Assembly: GCA_964595645.1 (NCBI GenBank)
Contig: CAZQQT010000007.1
Location: 79,123-143,122 of the forward strand
Source of the DNA: an uncultured Thermococci archaeon
GTDB lineage: Archaea > Methanobacteriota_B > Thermococci > Methanofastidiosales > B48-G16
Direction: 5' to 3'
DNA: 64,000 nt
Positions 60,089 to 64,000 of this stretch are shown here, in pieces. Within the stretch, counting starts at the first letter, position 1. Each line of letters begins with the position of its first letter. Under the pieces are notes generated by a model. That model worked only from the letters and a program-made list of their open reading frames with translations, was not told the origin of the DNA and did no database searches. The position numbers were made by a program, and so were the translations under genes.

Positions 60089-60778
60089 ATGAAGGATCTC
60101 CAGAGAAAACTGCAGGCTGTGGAGTACCTCCGATACCTCAAGCAGTCTCACACATACCGAGAGCTCTCAGAACGGTTCGGGCTTCCCATCACTGTACTGA
60201 GCAGATATATCTCGGGAACAACGTTGCCGGCTGAGAAAAATATGGGGGCTATTCTCACTATGTACAGAAACGATTTCAATCTGGAAAAGGAGGTGGAAAA
60301 GAACATTGTGTTCCATGGAGACTACTTTGACAATACACGGGTACTCTACAATACATTCCTCCTCCGGCGGATCGCCCAACACTGCAGGACACTTTTCGGT
60401 GACGTAGACAAGATTTTTACCTCCGCTGCCGACGGGATCCCTCTCGCAAGTAGAGTTGCCGACGTATTTAAGGTGGACATGGTTTACGCGAAACAGAAAA
60501 AGGAGGTGGGCGTGAAAGAACTCCTTGAAGAATCTTATATCCCTTCATCCTCGGGAAATGTGCTCTCACTGTACCTCCCCAAAAATGCGATTCGTCGAGG
60601 CGAAGATATCCTCATTGTGGATGATGTCATCCGAAGTGGTGAAACACAGCGTGCGATGATCGATTTCGTGACACGGAATAATGCGAGAGTCCACGGGATC
60701 TTCACTATTATCGCCGTCAAAAAGAGCGGTCTCTCTCTTTTAGAAGACGAACACGTTGAGGTCCTGATACAGTTGTGA
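60089..60778 (+). CDS. HTH plus phosphoribosyltransferase protein (PurR-like archaeal regulator)
   Basis: TYRELS...LPITVLSRY HTH; ILIVDDVIRSGET PRPP loop. Confidence 0.9.
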   Translation: MKDLQRKLQAVEYLRYLKQSHTYRELSERFGLPITVLSRYISGTTLPAEKNMGAILTMYRNDFNLEKEVEKNIVFHGDYFDNTRVLYNTFLLRRIAQHCRTLFGDVDKIFTSAADGIPLASRVADVFKVDMVYAKQKKEVGVKELLEESYIPSSSGNVLSLYLPKNAIRRGEDILIVDDVIRSGETQRAMIDFVTRNNARVHGIFTIIAVKKSGLSLLEDEHVEVLIQL

Positions 60779-60814
60779 CAAAACCTTTAAATACTGCGCA
60801 CAATACGTGAATGT

Positions 60815-61069
60815 ATGGAAATTACAGAGTTGATCATTACCATCGTGAGGATGTTCATTGACATTGCCAAGATGATTGCCCAAGCCATCTCCGACGTCAC
60901 GAGGGGAATGGTTCCTGCTGACGCCGTGGGGCCGCTGGGAGTACTCATCCTCTTGATTATACTTAAAGCAGGGTTTGATTTCACGAAACGTGTACTGGAC
61001 GTCCTTATTATTATATTCTTGTTCTATGTTCTTCTACGGATAATTCCCACAATCCTCGGTATGTTCTGA
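60815..61069 (+). CDS. Small membrane protein
   Basis: Hydrophobic 84-aa ORF. Confidence 0.65.
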   Translation: MEITELIITIVRMFIDIAKMIAQAISDVTRGMVPADAVGPLGVLILLIILKAGFDFTKRVLDVLIIIFLFYVLLRIIPTILGMF

Positions 61070-61089
61070 TATTTTTTCTGGTGAAGAAC

Positions 61090-61536
61090 TTAAAAGTACT
61101 TTTCGTATGTATTTTTGCATGTTTCCGTTACTACAAAAGTTCGAGTTTCCTTTACTCCTTCGATATCTTGCAGTACATGTTCAATGATGAATCCCAAATT
61201 ATCTATATCTTTTGCCAGCCCTATACATATGAGAGCATAATCTCCTGTTGTTCCAAATATAGAATGGATAAAATCTAATTTTTTCAATTCTCTTTTTAAA
61301 ATTTCCCGTTTTTCTATTTTCCATTTTATTCCCACAACAAATCGAATCATTTCCCCAACCTTTCTCGGATCGCACATGAGTGTCATATGCGTTATCACGC
61401 CTCTCTCTTTTAGTTTATCGAGTCTTTCACTTATGGTTTGAGGAGAGACCCCATATTTTTTCCCTATTTCCGTAAAGGATTTCCTCGAATCTCTTTGTAA
61501 CTCCATAATGATTTTCTTGTCTAGTTCATCTAACAT
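61090..61536 (-). CDS. Lrp/AsnC-family regulator
   Basis: LDELDKKII.ELQ.DSR.SF.EI, TTGDY, GV..T.T. Confidence 0.95.
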   Translation of the reverse strand: MLDELDKKIIMELQRDSRKSFTEIGKKYGVSPQTISERLDKLKERGVITHMTLMCDPRKVGEMIRFVVGIKWKIEKREILKRELKKLDFIHSIFGTTGDYALICIGLAKDIDNLGFIIEHVLQDIEGVKETRTFVVTETCKNTYEKYF

Positions 61537-61816
61537 TTAAGCACCTCTTTCTATAACTTAAGAATTTATAAATAAAAATCTTTCGGATAGTTTAATTTAT
61601 TTTCTAATTTTTTATTAGAAATTTTTGAACCGAATAAACATTAGAAATAATTTAGAGTTTATTAAAAATAAATAGAATAAAATAAAGAATTAAACTGGCA
61701 GATCGAAAAATATTAATACTAAGAAAATTGTTATAATTTTTTAAGGTGATAGAATTGAATTCTCTAAAGAAAACTAAACAGAATATAAAAAAGATAAGAT
61801 GTAAGGGGGGGTATGT

Positions 61817-62746
61817 ATGAGATTTTGTGATCTGGAAGAATCTCCCACATTTTCTCAGATATGTTCTTTTGCTCGACTTCCCTACAGTAAAAATATTGGA
61901 ACAGCAGACGTGGTATTTCTAGGTGTTCCTTTTGATGACGCTACTACTTACCGACCCGGTGCACGATTTGCACCTAGAGCAATTAGAGAAGCGTCGTGCC
62001 AGATGGTCAAACCTTATAATTTTGTATTAGATGTATTTCCTTTCAAAAAATTCACTGCTGTAGATTATGGGGACGTGAATGTAGTGCCGGGGTATATTGA
62101 AGATACATTTAGAAGGATAGAAGAGAACGTTCTAAAAATTGTAGAAGCCAACGCACTACCTTTATGTTGTGGAGGAGATCACTCCATAACGCTTCCATCA
62201 ATCAGAGCAGTATCAAAAAAACACAAAAAATTAAGTCTAGTACAGTTCGATTCTCATACAGATTGTTTTGATACATATCTTGGAAAAAAATATAACCATG
62301 CCACTCACGTAAAAAGAGCGTGGGAAGAAGGACTAATAGATCCAGAACATTCTATATACATAGGAATTCGAGGAGGGTTGTACAACGAAAAGGATATATC
62401 TACTGTGGAAGATCTCGGGTTCTCAGTGTTGACCATAGACGATGTATATGATATGGGCCTCCAGAAGGTGGTAGATACAATACATGACGTAGTAAAGGGT
62501 AAAACCTATCTAACTGTCGACATAGATGTATGCGATCCTGCATTTGCTCCCGGCACAGGTACACCTGAAATAGGAGGATTGCAGTCAAGAGAAATTATTA
62601 GGCTGATAAGGGGATTGAAAAACATTGAATTCGTAGGATTCGATCTTGTCGAGGTTTCACCCCCTTATGATTCATCTTCGATAACTTCAATGCTCGCAAG
62701 CTGGATTTTTTTTGAATTTTTAAGCGTAATGGCCATTAAAAAATGA
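61817..62746 (+). CDS. speB: Agmatinase (ureohydrolase family)
   Basis: GVPFD, RPGARF.P, GGDHS, DSHTD, DIDVCDPAFAPGTGTP. Confidence 0.93.
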   Translation: MRFCDLEESPTFSQICSFARLPYSKNIGTADVVFLGVPFDDATTYRPGARFAPRAIREASCQMVKPYNFVLDVFPFKKFTAVDYGDVNVVPGYIEDTFRRIEENVLKIVEANALPLCCGGDHSITLPSIRAVSKKHKKLSLVQFDSHTDCFDTYLGKKYNHATHVKRAWEEGLIDPEHSIYIGIRGGLYNEKDISTVEDLGFSVLTIDDVYDMGLQKVVDTIHDVVKGKTYLTVDIDVCDPAFAPGTGTPEIGGLQSREIIRLIRGLKNIEFVGFDLVEVSPPYDSSSITSMLASWIFFEFLSVMAIKK

Positions 62747-62776
62747 AAAGGAGATATATTTTTTAAAGGGATCTCC

Positions 62777-63694
62777 ATGGCCAAAAAAACTAATGGTTAT
62801 ATAGGGCTGATATTATCAGGATGTTTATTTGGTACTATTACTACCTTCTCAGCTATTTTGAGAGATAACGGAGTGTCTTCTTTCCAACAAACATTTTTAC
62901 GGACTTTTTTCGTAGTAGTGTATATCTTATTAATATTTTATTATAAAAAATTAAATTTTTTAATAAAAATTAAAGAGGTACCTTACTATATGCTAATGGG
63001 TATAGTCATGGCAATGGTAGGTTTCTTTGAAAATACAGCTGTGGCAATAGGAACACCAGTAGCAATAGTTGTTCTTCTTCTTTATACCCAACCTATATGG
63101 ACTGCTATATTTGGAAAAATATATTTTAAGGAAGAGATAAACAAAGGAAAAAAGATCGCAATTTTTCTTGCAGTTTTCGGGATTTTTCTTACGAGTAAAG
63201 TATGGAATATATCTTTTTCAAGCTTTTTTGGACCTTTAATATCATTAACAGCTGGAATTCTACTTTCACTTATTTTTATAATGACAAAAGTAGTTTCTTT
63301 GAAAAATAAAAATTTTTTAGTTTTTATTTTTTGGCTTAGTCTTTTTGAAACCTTTTTTATATTCTTTATTGGGTACATGTCACGCTTTGTGACAGAAAAA
63401 GAGATAATTACAAATTTTACTCTTTCTATATCTCTGGAAACATGGTTTCTTATTCTTCTATTCGCATTGTTACCAATGTTTTTTGGAATGATACTTTTTT
63501 ACAAATCTATAAAGTATGTTTCTGTTGTTGCAACCGGTGTTATTCTTATGATCGAACCAATTGCTGGAATATTTTATGGTTATGTTATACTTGGAGAGAC
63601 TATTAACATGTTAACGTTGATTGGAGGGGGATTAATACTAACTGCAAGTCTAGTAGTTATAAAAAATAAATGGATAAATTCTTTATTGGGTTAA
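62777..63694 (+). CDS. EamA/DMT transporter
   Basis: LLYTQP.W, IEP, about 10 TM. Confidence 0.9.
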   Translation: MAKKTNGYIGLILSGCLFGTITTFSAILRDNGVSSFQQTFLRTFFVVVYILLIFYYKKLNFLIKIKEVPYYMLMGIVMAMVGFFENTAVAIGTPVAIVVLLLYTQPIWTAIFGKIYFKEEINKGKKIAIFLAVFGIFLTSKVWNISFSSFFGPLISLTAGILLSLIFIMTKVVSLKNKNFLVFIFWLSLFETFFIFFIGYMSRFVTEKEIITNFTLSISLETWFLILLFALLPMFFGMILFYKSIKYVSVVATGVILMIEPIAGIFYGYVILGETINMLTLIGGGLILTASLVVIKNKWINSLLG

Positions 63695-63930
63695 ACAGCT
63701 AAATGGAACCAAGATCTTCATAATAAATTCCTTCTTTCTAACATTTAAAATTTTCTGTTTTCTAAGTTAGAAAAAAAGTACCATTATACTTAATATAATT
63801 TGATTTTTTCTAAATTATAGAAGAAAAATTACTTATTGATGTAGTAAAATATCATTTTTTCGGAAAAGACCGAAAGTTTTTTATAAGTTATAAGCATTGT
63901 AAGATATAGACAAAAAAATAGGTGACACAA

Positions 63931-64000
63931 ATGGAGTTCAAGAATAGAGATATTCTAAGTCTCTTGGATTTTTCAAGAGGAGAAATTGAACAAGTGTTTG
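63931..64000 (+). CDS. N-terminus of an ornithine/putrescine/aspartate carbamoyltransferase-family protein, truncated by the window edge
   Basis: AGGTGA SD; MEFKNRDILSLLDFSRGEIEQVF matches the usual family start. Confidence 0.65.
   Translation, partial: MEFKNRDILSLLDFSRGEIEQVF

Noticed and set aside
1-64000. tRNA, rRNA, IS elements or integrases
   Set aside because: None recognised by eye in the intergenic regions or the ORF set; a covariance-model scan would be needed to exclude small ncRNAs.

Overview
This is a 64 kb window from an anaerobic archaeon. The evidence is TATA/BRE promoters, GGAGGTGA ribosome-binding sites, FEN1, a tungsten aldehyde:ferredoxin oxidoreductase, an AglH-type transferase, an archaeal HTH-PRTase and DUF371/DUF1122 proteins. 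A Thermococci-related lineage such as Theionarchaea is an inference only. 1-11.8 kb is a defence island: PD-(D/E)xK nucleases and a type I R-M system (hsdM/S/R, M48 peptidase, radC) with a PIN-GNAT-PUA + ASCH gene pair inserted between hsdM and hsdS. 12-32 kb is an accessory region with ABC exporters, decayed toxin-antitoxin modules, an intact FEN1 next to a ruined DNA ligase, a GS-like gene, menA, a flavoprotein oxidoreductase and a class II photolyase. 32.6-37.6 kb is a tight four-gene operon (TIM-barrel unknown, AOR, aminotransferase, homoserine dehydrogenase). 40.9-47.4 kb is a compact his operon with a HisA-HisI-HisE fusion. It is preceded by an unannotated 25-aa leader peptide ending HHHR and a hairpin that sequesters the hisG Shine-Dalgarno, a candidate archaeal ribosome-mediated attenuator and the top finding. 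47.6-64 kb holds msrA, glmS, aglH-like, sepF, an ABC-2 exporter, two unannotated microproteins and an AT-rich Lrp/agmatinase/EamA/carbamoyltransferase cluster. I saw no rRNA, tRNA, CRISPR array, integrase or transposase. All family assignments come from motif recognition by eye, not database searches.
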